A stretch of DNA of 15,363 nt from Bdellovibrionales bacterium (GTDB lineage Bacteria > Bdellovibrionota > Bdellovibrionia > Bdellovibrionales > JAMPXM01). Location: contig JAYUEN010000226.1 in the NCBI GenBank assembly GCA_043739185.1, forward strand, positions 1-15,363, read 5' to 3'. Within the stretch, counting starts at the first letter, position 1, and each line of letters opens with the position of its first letter. A program made the translations under genes and the position numbers. Under the pieces are notes generated by a model, which was not told where the DNA came from, made no database searches, and saw only the letters and a program-made list of their open reading frames with translations. Positions 1-7,816 of this stretch are shown here, piece after piece.

Positions 1-8
1 TTGGGACA

Positions 9-232
9 CGGTTTATTTGGCGCTACCCTTTAAACTGAAAATGATAAATTGTTGTCTTGAGATAACTTCAGTTTATTACGCCGCCCAGTGGTGCCGTAAG
101 GGATCACTGGGCGGCGACTAAATAATTGTCTCAATTCGCCACACCGTTATTCAATGAGCAGCCAAATCTACCGAACAAAGAAGTCATGTTCGTTTCATAC
201 CGAGAATCGGTAGATCAAATCGTGAAATAACA
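9..232 (+). other. Highly structured noncoding segment (candidate ncRNA or mobile-element end), probably extending left of the window
   Basis: Nested inverted repeats: CGCCGCCCAGTG 79-90 / CACTGGGCGGCG 105-116 with a CC-GTAA-GG (GNRA) cap; TAAACTGAA 31-39 / TTCAGTTTA 67-75; TTGAGATAA 57-65 / TTGTCTCAA 126-134; ATCTACCGA 166-174 / TCGGTAGAT 207-215; GTTATTCA 146-153 / TGAAATAAC 223-231. G-U wobbles and the GNRA loop fall on the + strand. Confidence 0.55.
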
Positions 233-685
233 CCAGGCACTGTTTATTTCCGGCTTATTTTTTTTAACGCTAGATTTTGTATAGAACGGATTGCTTTCGG
301 TTGGATCAAAGCTCTTTGCTTTTACTTCGATCAGACTTATTCTTGCTCCAACTTTGACCAAGATGTCGGCTCTGATAAAGAGATTTTCAAACTGAATGGC
401 AGCCTCATAAATTACGACAGAATCTTGCTTCAAAAGCTCTGAGGTAGCACTTACCGCTTCAATCTTATCGAGCGTTGCGATTTCATGGCCGCCTTCGAAA
501 TAGAGCTTTGCAAGCTCGCCAACTTGAAAGCCGCCTTCAGCCAACGCTTTTAAAAACGCATTTTCAGAATTTGCATTTCCGAATTTTTTGTCGTCGAGAT
601 AAAAAAGTTTTGTCGGGCATTCATGCCCAATTTTAAATCGAGATTTTGTCAAAAACTGCTTGTTCAATTGTTTTGATGTTGTCAT
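215..685 (-). pseudogene. DUF2779-family-like protein, N-terminal PD-(D/E)xK (Cas4/RecB-like) nuclease region only; truncated
   Basis: LTKSRFK..ECPTKLFY, LAEGGFQVGELAKLYF and YEAA..FIRADILVK...LIEVKAKSF match my recollection of the N-terminus of DUF2779-containing proteins, which are usually several hundred aa. The ORF stops 5 codons after the W at 233-235, before the expected D-x-x-F-Q motif. Its ATG directly abuts the sfsA stop (TGAATG). Confidence 0.7.
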
Positions 686-1597
686 TCAAACCTTTGCCTT
701 TTTAACTCGTCGCCATCCGGCTTCAGGATCTGCCTTAGTACGTGACCATCCTGAAAATGGCTTCATCGCCATTTTCCATTCCACAAGGTCCTGACTGTTA
801 TAGGGGTTTAGATCGACGGGGACTTCACCTTTGAAAATAAATCCTCTTGAGCTAGGAACCAATAAAATTGCCCTGACTCTTAGACCCAGTTTGCTTGCCG
901 CTCTTAAGCGATCACAAAAAATGAGATCGTGAACGTCACTCAACCGAACAATTTTGACGTCCTTCCGTTGCACAACGATTAACAAAGTTATTTTCTGACC
1001 AAATTTTTGGGCCGCAATAAGACTGTCAAGATGGCTGACTGACCGAATTGTTTTTGAGTCTGGAAAATACCCAATTCCTTTTCCGTGAGCTTGCTGCAAG
1101 CTTTTTACTTCAATGAAGTGAGACGACGAGCCCGTCGTGACTTTAAAATCAATTCTATTACTCTTCCCAAGTTTTACTTCTTCAGCAAAGGAGCTATATC
1201 GCTTGAGTCCCGTTACAAGCCTGGCCTCTAATAGAGATTTTACTAGCTTATTTGCAGACCAACTATTCGCGCAAACAGTCAGTCCATTGACCTCTACTAA
1301 TTCCCAAATCCAATTAAGTCTGCGCTTCTTGCCATTTGCTTGGCTGAGCCATATTTTGGCTCCAGGAATAATAAGTCCCTCCATCATTCCTGGATTCACA
1401 CAATGGGCTACTACGTTTCGACCATCATCTAAAATCACATCCAGCAAAAATCTATGTCTTCTTCGTATTAATTTACCTGAGATCAAATCTCCGGACCAGG
1501 GCCTAAGCAACACTAGAAGCCACCTTTCGGAGAGATCACATCGGCAAGATCGCGCTCCGAAATTTCCTGGCGCATAAAGATAAAGCTTACTCGACAC
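686..1597 (-). CDS. sfsA: SfsA family DNA/RNA nuclease (sugar fermentation stimulation protein; OB fold + PD-(D/E)xK)
   Basis: GKLIRRRHRFLLDV.L.DG..V.AHCVNPG.M.GL, RIDF...FIEVKS and FPDS.T.R...HL..L are SfsA signature blocks. The start is either GTG 1597 (3 nt after the upstream stop) or GTG 1513 (after AAAGG). Confidence 0.9.
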   Translation of the reverse strand: MSSKLYLYAPGNFGARSCRCDLSERWLLVLLRPWSGDLISGKLIRRRHRFLLDVILDDGRNVVAHCVNPGMMEGLIIPGAKIWLSQANGKKRRLNWIWELVEVNGLTVCANSWSANKLVKSLLEARLVTGLKRYSSFAEEVKLGKSNRIDFKVTTGSSSHFIEVKSLQQAHGKGIGYFPDSKTIRSVSHLDSLIAAQKFGQKITLLIVVQRKDVKIVRLSDVHDLIFCDRLRAASKLGLRVRAILLVPSSRGFIFKGEVPVDLNPYNSQDLVEWKMAMKPFSGWSRTKADPEAGWRRVKKAKV

Positions 1598-1600
1598 AAG

Positions 1601-2965
1601 TTATCCATGAGCCTCATGTGTTTTTAAAATTTCATTTCCTAGTTTTTTCAAGATCAACCGAATTTCTTCAATATTATTAGATTCTCCACAATCAAAAAGA
1701 AGTCGCGAGAATCTCATTGGCATTGCCAATATTTTCTTTTGGACTGGAACTCCCATAGAGTCATAGTCAATTTCAAAAACTCCCGTAGCTTTAAGATCAA
1801 TGTATCTAAAGCTGTCCTCATTACCCACGTCTAAAATACTAGTCTCTCTAGCAAGGCCAATGAGACCATAAAACCAGTCAATATTGATGTTTGAGTTTTG
1901 CTTGTAGTGAGTGGCGGAATACGAAAGAAGTTGATAAAAATCATCTCGTCCTACAGAAGGAATATCCCCACCATGCTTAAAGAAGGCTTTGTGTTTTGAG
2001 TCTAGAATATAAGCTGTCCCAGTATTTTCCGCTCTCGGAATAAAACCGTAAATATCTGGGGACATCCATCTGCGATATTCCAGGTCCATCGCTGGATTCA
2101 AATACTTTACGTTGTTAATTTTCATTTCTGGAAAGAGAGACTCAGGTTTTATACCACCGTTTAATACTAAGGCTTCCTCCAGCGCGAACTGGATCAGGTA
2201 GTTTAGATTCAATTTTATTCCAGGTACTCCAATTGATGAGCCCTCAACGGATTGTTCTTTGCTCAATACCAGATCGGATGAAAAATCAATAACCGATGAC
2301 AGGCGCGAAAGTTTTCTTGGAAGGCCATCAAAATGAATGTCGCCATTGGCCCGTTGCCTTCGTAGTGATTGAACTAACAATGCATTTTTTTGAGGGTCTG
2401 GAGAAGACGGCACTGAAGCTAATAATGCCATTGAAGAATGGAGGGTCCGATTGACGCCCTTATCAATCAAACTCAATCTTCGTGTGTGATACAAGTCAGA
2501 CAGAATCTGATATGCATCTTTAATTACACGCAAATGCGGATAATCAAGATCCAAAATATTTCGTGTTGACTCGACCGGTCCAAGTAAACCGTTGTTTTTT
2601 ATAATGGCCTTAATGAAGTCGGTGGTTCCATTAAAATGAGTGCTTTTTTTTGGTTGCCGCCGAAATACGGGCTTCAAATGTCTTTCTAAAATAGAACGAT
2701 TTTGAGTAAGCCAGTTGTCCATTAGCAGCGAAAGCAGAGGCTCATTTTGACCTTTGGTGATTCTGTGCAAGTCCGTTTGAACAACAGCGTCTGACCTTTT
2801 GGTGGAGTAAAGTGACCAAAGCTGGGCGATACCAATTGTCGCGGTTTCAAGATGACTTGGATCTGAGTTTTGGAGCAACTCAAAACACTTTGGCTTGATT
2901 ACTTCACCATCTTCAAAGCCCGTATATTCCGTGTTGAGCTGTGCCGCTTTTCTAGCCTGCGACAT
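1601..2965 (-). CDS. McrC-like PD-(D/E)xK restriction endonuclease subunit (divergent)
   Basis: C-terminal SPDIY...YILDSKHK...DFYQLLSY corresponds to the McrC PD...DAKYK...DLYQLLAY pattern. It overlaps the McrB-like stop by 14 nt. Confidence 0.8.
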   Translation of the reverse strand: MSQARKAAQLNTEYTGFEDGEVIKPKCFELLQNSDPSHLETATIGIAQLWSLYSTKRSDAVVQTDLHRITKGQNEPLLSLLMDNWLTQNRSILERHLKPVFRRQPKKSTHFNGTTDFIKAIIKNNGLLGPVESTRNILDLDYPHLRVIKDAYQILSDLYHTRRLSLIDKGVNRTLHSSMALLASVPSSPDPQKNALLVQSLRRQRANGDIHFDGLPRKLSRLSSVIDFSSDLVLSKEQSVEGSSIGVPGIKLNLNYLIQFALEEALVLNGGIKPESLFPEMKINNVKYLNPAMDLEYRRWMSPDIYGFIPRAENTGTAYILDSKHKAFFKHGGDIPSVGRDDFYQLLSYSATHYKQNSNINIDWFYGLIGLARETSILDVGNEDSFRYIDLKATGVFEIDYDSMGVPVQKKILAMPMRFSRLLFDCGESNNIEEIRLILKKLGNEILKTHEAHG

Positions 2966-4955
2966 TAGCGGCTTCTTCTTCCTGGAATGTGCTCAATGCT
3001 GTATGCATTTGCTCGTTCCACTCTTTCATTAGAGTATCAACCTGATCCGGATCATGAGAAAGCACAGACTTGACCTGCGGCAGAAGCTCTTTCAAATGTA
3101 AATCTCGCCAAGCGTGCATGAGCCTATTGCTAACGTCGTAACAAACGGCTTTATCATTCAGTCTTGCGGTGTCGCCACTTGAGAAGTTATGAAGAAGAAT
3201 CTCGGAAAATGTGCGCGCCAATTTGATATAGAATGAATGCCCGATCAATTTTTCTCGAGCATCAAAGACTCCAAATTTTTCAGAACCAATTAAGGAATTA
3301 AGTTTAATCAACGACTCGCTGAATGTAGGCAGTAATGCTAACTTTGTTGGAGATCTCTCTAAAACTTTATTTGCACATCGAACTGCGAAGTCACAGCTAG
3401 CGAATTTATCGCCACCCCGAATATCGAAAGGGTCTTCTTCAAAGAGATTTACGATTGCTGCCGGTCGAAACGAGTTATCAATTGAACCGAGTCGCTTTGG
3501 TTGTGGATCGACTTGAACGAAACGAAACCTTCTCCTTAGTGCTTGGTCGAGCTCCCCAGTAGAGCGATCTGACACATTCATAGTTCCAATTAAAGATAGA
3601 TTTGCTGGCCAAGAAAAAGCAGTTTGACTGTACTGAAGACGAACAGGCAATGCCGGCAGGTCCGAATCCTCGGCGAGGGAATAAAGCAATTCTCCGAAAA
3701 TTTCGGGAACATTGCCTCGATTAATTTCATCGACAATCAATACGACGTTGTGTTTTCCCCAATCAGATCGTCTAAAATTTATTTTTAAATTCTCAGACTG
3801 GGCAGTAAGCCGATTTGCCAAGTCTGCAACCAGCGACCTATCAACTACAAAGCAGTCGTCGGTAACCTTCGTAATTGTAACTTGGACTTCATCGATTCGT
3901 AGCTCAAGCGCATCATGAGCTGTCAACGAATAGCGAGCAAAGGTTCCGATCGGTAAATTAAAAAATACTTGGTTGTCATGAAGCTTCGCAATGGCGATCG
4001 TTTCAGCAGGAGTACCATTTGCTTGACGGTATTTCACCATCAAAACACCATCAACAACTTGATATAAAACAGTTCCGTCGAAATATGTTGTCGGAAAAAT
4101 TCCCTCTACAAATTGTGGGTAGGAATACGATGGATGGAACTGAACAACGGTTGTATTTTCTTTTGTTGCAATAGGATTCTTTCCTGCAAAGGCGAGTTCT
4201 TTCGCTGCAAATGTCTTTCCAGTTCCAGGCGGTCCCGTTAAAATAAATCGCTTAGAAACATGCTCCCTCTGTGCATTACCAGTGGGCTCGGGGGAAGCTT
4301 TTTGCTGGTCTGATTTCTGTGACTCTGCTTCCTTCGTTTCAAAACTCATATTAAGAAGAAAAATTTCTTCGCGCGCTGTCGCCTCAAATTCTTTTAGTGG
4401 ACGCAGATATTTTGAATCTAGATCACCATTAACAATGCACTGAATATATGGAAGAAGCATTTCGGGTTTAAAAAAGCCTCGGAATATTTCTTTTCCGTCA
4501 TCAGTTTTCGAATATTGCTCAACAACGATTGAATGCTCAAACTCTTTCGTGAAAAGCTCAAGCTCAGATTGCTTTGCGAAGATTGAACCTTGGTCAACGG
4601 CGTTGTCGAACCATTGTTCTGATGGGGCAATAAATAAATCGAGAATTCTCGAATAGCCTAGGAACAAGCGAATCAAATTTTTCCCCTTCACCTTTTTGGG
4701 CTGAGAGAAAAGTTCTTTCTGATTATAAATCATCTGATAATTGAATTCGCCAGGACTTCTTCCAGAGGGAGTGAGAGGCTTCACTAACAGTTCAATTCGA
4801 TGTAGGTCGCCGTAATCGAAGACTAGGAGATCAACCCCATCCTTGGAAGCGCGAGGCTTAGATAAATCAGAACGCAAATTGAAACCTTTGACCCTGTGCG
4901 ATCTGAATAGCAACGTTGTAAGGTCAACTGATGAAATATAATCTTTTGCCGACAT
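2952..4955 (-). CDS. McrB-like AAA+ GTPase (667 aa from ATG 4955)
   Basis: Walker A GPPGTGKT (4212-4235), VQFHPSYSY..FVEG, Walker B VLIVDEINRG, McrB NxxD signature GTMNVSDRS, ALRRRF arginine finger and IGHSFY. Start placed at ATG 4955 because GGAGG lies 6 nt upstream; the ORF track starts at GTG 4976. Confidence 0.92.
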   Translation of the reverse strand: MSAKDYISSVDLTTLLFRSHRVKGFNLRSDLSKPRASKDGVDLLVFDYGDLHRIELLVKPLTPSGRSPGEFNYQMIYNQKELFSQPKKVKGKNLIRLFLGYSRILDLFIAPSEQWFDNAVDQGSIFAKQSELELFTKEFEHSIVVEQYSKTDDGKEIFRGFFKPEMLLPYIQCIVNGDLDSKYLRPLKEFEATAREEIFLLNMSFETKEAESQKSDQQKASPEPTGNAQREHVSKRFILTGPPGTGKTFAAKELAFAGKNPIATKENTTVVQFHPSYSYPQFVEGIFPTTYFDGTVLYQVVDGVLMVKYRQANGTPAETIAIAKLHDNQVFFNLPIGTFARYSLTAHDALELRIDEVQVTITKVTDDCFVVDRSLVADLANRLTAQSENLKINFRRSDWGKHNVVLIVDEINRGNVPEIFGELLYSLAEDSDLPALPVRLQYSQTAFSWPANLSLIGTMNVSDRSTGELDQALRRRFRFVQVDPQPKRLGSIDNSFRPAAIVNLFEEDPFDIRGGDKFASCDFAVRCANKVLERSPTKLALLPTFSESLIKLNSLIGSEKFGVFDAREKLIGHSFYIKLARTFSEILLHNFSSGDTARLNDKAVCYDVSNRLMHAWRDLHLKELLPQVKSVLSHDPDQVDTLMKEWNEQMHTALSTFQEEEAANVAG

Positions 4956-5012
4956 GCCATGCCTCCACATGGACACATCGGCATATAATTGATGTTAATA
5001 TACGGACTAAGG

Positions 5013-7100
5013 TCAGGCTACATCGAGACGCAATTGTCGATCTAGTCCTTTGTGTTGCGTTCTTGTGTACCACAAGCCGTCGACGTCAATGAACGCTTCT
5101 CGTAAGACCGTCTCAATTCGTGGCAATGAAAAGCCATCGAAGCTTTGGTTCTCAGCGAAAACCGCCTTCATCAATGCATTGTGAATGAATGGAAGAGTGC
5201 GGTGCTCAGTTGTGTAGACAGAATGTTGTTTTCTTAGGAGTTTTGGAAGCGAAGTAAGATACTCCTCAACTTGTTGTCGAATCCAATTGTCACTAATTGT
5301 ATTTCTCTTTCCAACAACGGGAGTATTCTCTTTGAGAGAACGTTTTCTAATATTTAAAATAATATCGCAATTCGTGACGTTCTGTTTACCTTCGCGCCCC
5401 AAATAGCCTTTAAAACTTTTTTGAACTTTATCAAAAAATGCAACTTCACCGATCTCGAAGCCTGCAACCTCGGCGGTTGAGCGAAACATTTCAAGGACCC
5501 GATCATCTGAGTTATTAAAGACTATAGATGCCCATCGACCAGGCTTAAGAACACGGCACATCTCCTTATAGCCGGACAGCATGAGTTGCTCATAATCTGT
5601 AATCGTTTTTCCACCCTGCTCGGGCTTGCGCACACGGTTGAAATGCATCTCAAACTTTTCATCCGTGAATGACCCAAGCCATCCTTCCCAGATAACAGAA
5701 CAATCCGAGTAATAAATATTTCCTCCGAAAGGAGGGTCCGTAAAAATGTAATCTACAGAATTATCTGGTATTGGCAAATTTGTTGCCGAACCAAGGGAGA
5801 AGTGTACCGATCTAGATTTACTTTCTGAGTCCATGTAAGAATAGTACTTCTCTAACATCTGAATCTTTTTTGAATATACATCCAACACATTACATTCAAT
5901 TGAAACTTGAGGAATGTATAGCGTTCCTGTTAAAGGACGCGAGCCGCCTCTAGCATTGAACCTTCTCATTTTCGTCGCGTGCCAAAAGGTATTAGTAGCT
6001 GCAAAAGCCAATACTTTTTGGAGTCTCTTATCTTTTATTTTAGAAATTTCACGCCAAATAATGGAACAGACTTTCAAATTTCTATTAGTATAGAAATCAG
6101 CCACTGTTTTTACTCCAAGCTTCGCCGGCCCCATAGTCATCATCTCTTTAGAAGCCGCCACAGAATCTTGTGGATACCAGTCTTTTATTGAATCTCGCGA
6201 GAACGACAGGGCGATCTCTCTTTCGAAAGCGTAGATTGATCGCTTTGATCTGACATTCTTCCCTGTTGTGGAGTTATAAAAACGACTTTCTACGAATGCT
6301 GGAACTGACTTAATTGCACGCCCAAAAGAAGAACGCGAATGAGTTGCGCCACAGCTAGCGCACTTTAGTTTTTTTAACGCCGTTCCTTTTTTTTGATCGA
6401 AGCCATGATCCCAGGTTGTAATCTCCGCGCCACATTTCTTTCCTTTACTCCCACTGCAAATATAGGATTCGGACCAAACTGTTGCTGTAACTTGAGCCGG
6501 GGCAAGCACAACAGTTTGCTTTCCAAATTTAACTTCCAAACAAACTGAACCATCAAGAAGTTCGCGTCGCTTTGCTTTTTTTAAATCTCGAAATGATAGC
6601 GAACTTACGAGTTCATAAATTTTCTTTGAAGAATCAATTGGTTCCCAAGTTTGATAAATTTCTTTTATTTCCGATTCGCACCCCTTTAACAGCTCATTGA
6701 AGGCATTTCGAAGAGCGCTTGGGCTGCAATAGGTGTTGTGATTGTACGTTAAGTGAATCGCAGCAGGCCCTAGATCATTTAATATAAATGTTCGGGAATC
6801 CTTCATAGATTCTTTTTCCATCAGGAGCCCAGCTACTCCCGTCATCCCAGATCCGCTAAAGGGATCTAGCACGACATCGCCAGGTTTAGTGAAGTGTTGG
6901 ATATAGGGAATAATACCCTCTGGAGGAACCTTTGTATGATAGCTATGTGCCCCGTAGACCACCGTGTTTTTTGAAGCCTTAATATTTTTTGACAATGGCT
7001 TCAAAATTTCGGAAGATTTTTTTGTTGTTGTCTCAAGATCGACTTTTTTGAAGTCTGTGAGAAAGTCCCATGTGTAAAATGACTTGGTAGTTGGCTTCAT
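5013..7100 (-). CDS. Amino (N6-adenine/N4-cytosine) DNA methyltransferase with Zn-ribbon insert, 695 aa
   Basis: AHSYHTKVP, SAM-binding motif I VVLDPFSGSGMTG, catalytic motif IV VDYIFTDPPFG and RVLKPGRW. Cys clusters (ICSGSKGKKCG, KCASCG) lie in the long region between motifs I and IV. ATG 7100 has GGAGG 8 nt upstream. Confidence 0.92.
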   Translation of the reverse strand: MKPTTKSFYTWDFLTDFKKVDLETTTKKSSEILKPLSKNIKASKNTVVYGAHSYHTKVPPEGIIPYIQHFTKPGDVVLDPFSGSGMTGVAGLLMEKESMKDSRTFILNDLGPAAIHLTYNHNTYCSPSALRNAFNELLKGCESEIKEIYQTWEPIDSSKKIYELVSSLSFRDLKKAKRRELLDGSVCLEVKFGKQTVVLAPAQVTATVWSESYICSGSKGKKCGAEITTWDHGFDQKKGTALKKLKCASCGATHSRSSFGRAIKSVPAFVESRFYNSTTGKNVRSKRSIYAFEREIALSFSRDSIKDWYPQDSVAASKEMMTMGPAKLGVKTVADFYTNRNLKVCSIIWREISKIKDKRLQKVLAFAATNTFWHATKMRRFNARGGSRPLTGTLYIPQVSIECNVLDVYSKKIQMLEKYYSYMDSESKSRSVHFSLGSATNLPIPDNSVDYIFTDPPFGGNIYYSDCSVIWEGWLGSFTDEKFEMHFNRVRKPEQGGKTITDYEQLMLSGYKEMCRVLKPGRWASIVFNNSDDRVLEMFRSTAEVAGFEIGEVAFFDKVQKSFKGYLGREGKQNVTNCDIILNIRKRSLKENTPVVGKRNTISDNWIRQQVEEYLTSLPKLLRKQHSVYTTEHRTLPFIHNALMKAVFAENQSFDGFSLPRIETVLREAFIDVDGLWYTRTQHKGLDRQLRLDVA

Positions 7101-7159
7101 CCTGAAGACCTCCAACCAAAATTGTAAATTAATCTATACAGTTAACGTAGTCGAGACGA

Positions 7160-7195
7160 GAATTTCAAGCTCTTGGGCTGGAATTTCAAGCTCTT
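7160..7195. repeat. Perfect 15-bp direct repeat GAATTTCAAGCTCTT x2, 21-bp period, upstream of the MTase
   Basis: Copies at 7160-7174 and 7181-7195, read directly from the sequence. Confidence 0.85.
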
Positions 7196-7349
7196 CGTCC
7201 TGGCTAAATCCCAGTTGCAATTTTGACAAAAAAAATAAACTGGCCAATATTCAAAAGTTCTCCATTTTTACACCTCAAAATTATGGTCTAGTTGCTTAAC
7301 TAGTAATATATTTAGCTAAGCAAAATTTTTGGATATACAGTCCGTGAGA

Positions 7350-7787
7350 CTACTCCAAAAGTCTTTCGACCTCATCGAAGCGATAATAAGTAGCTCCGCC
7401 GTCAAAAGAAATTATCTGTCCGTCAGATTCTTCCTGTGACTCATATTCAGCGAGAGCACATCGCCAACTGATAGGATCTTGCTCCTTCAGCAGTTTCACA
7501 TTGTCGAATTCAGCCCAAGCGACTTTGGTAGTCTCGGGATAGCACTCGCGAACAAATTCCTCGAAAGCTTCTTCTAGATTTACCGGAATGAGTTCTTCTT
7601 CAAGAATTTGTTCAATGATCCATTCAGTTCCATACTCACATCCGACCTCTGGCAGGAGCCGCATCAGATCGTCTGATCCACAAGTTTCACAGCGACCGGA
7701 TGGACATTCAGAGTAGCAGTTATAGCAGAACGGAATGGAACGCTTAAGTGCGAGTGTTTCGAGTTTTTGTTTTATTTCTTGGTTCAT
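7350..7787 (-). CDS. Acidic hypothetical protein with N-terminal CxxC-x8-CxxC zinc ribbon, 145 aa
   Basis: AGGAG RBS before ATG 7787; CYNC...CETC; 33 D/E versus 13 K/R by hand count. Confidence 0.8.
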   Translation of the reverse strand: MNQEIKQKLETLALKRSIPFCYNCYSECPSGRCETCGSDDLMRLLPEVGCEYGTEWIIEQILEEELIPVNLEEAFEEFVRECYPETTKVAWAEFDNVKLLKEQDPISWRCALAEYESQEESDGQIISFDGGATYYRFDEVERLLE

Positions 7788-7816
7788 TTTAAATCTCCTG
7801 GTTTGTTTGCTTGGCG

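Noticed and set aside
60..152. Integron attC site (AGATAAC ... GTTATTC around a hairpin)
   Set aside because: The arms are very asymmetric (12 versus 29 nt from the central stem), the boxes fit RYYYAAC/GTTRRRY poorly, and there is no cassette array or integrase.
110..190. Group I intron (Q-like CAATGAGCAGCCAA, R-like CGACTAAAT) or group II intron end
   Set aside because: The elements are in the wrong order with no matching P7 partner. No group II domain V or GUGYG boundary is present.
1137..1577. 146-aa plus-strand ORF
   Set aside because: Antisense shadow of sfsA with no recognisable motifs.
3712..6556. Short ORFs 3712-3918, 4418-4630, 5979-6191 and 6374-6556
   Set aside because: All are nested in the well-supported McrB-like or MTase genes in other frames or on the other strand.
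7084..7299. 71-aa plus-strand ORF, and the direct repeat as a mini-CRISPR
   Set aside because: The ORF just reads through the repeat in the upstream region. Two 15-bp copies with a 6-nt spacer are not a CRISPR array.
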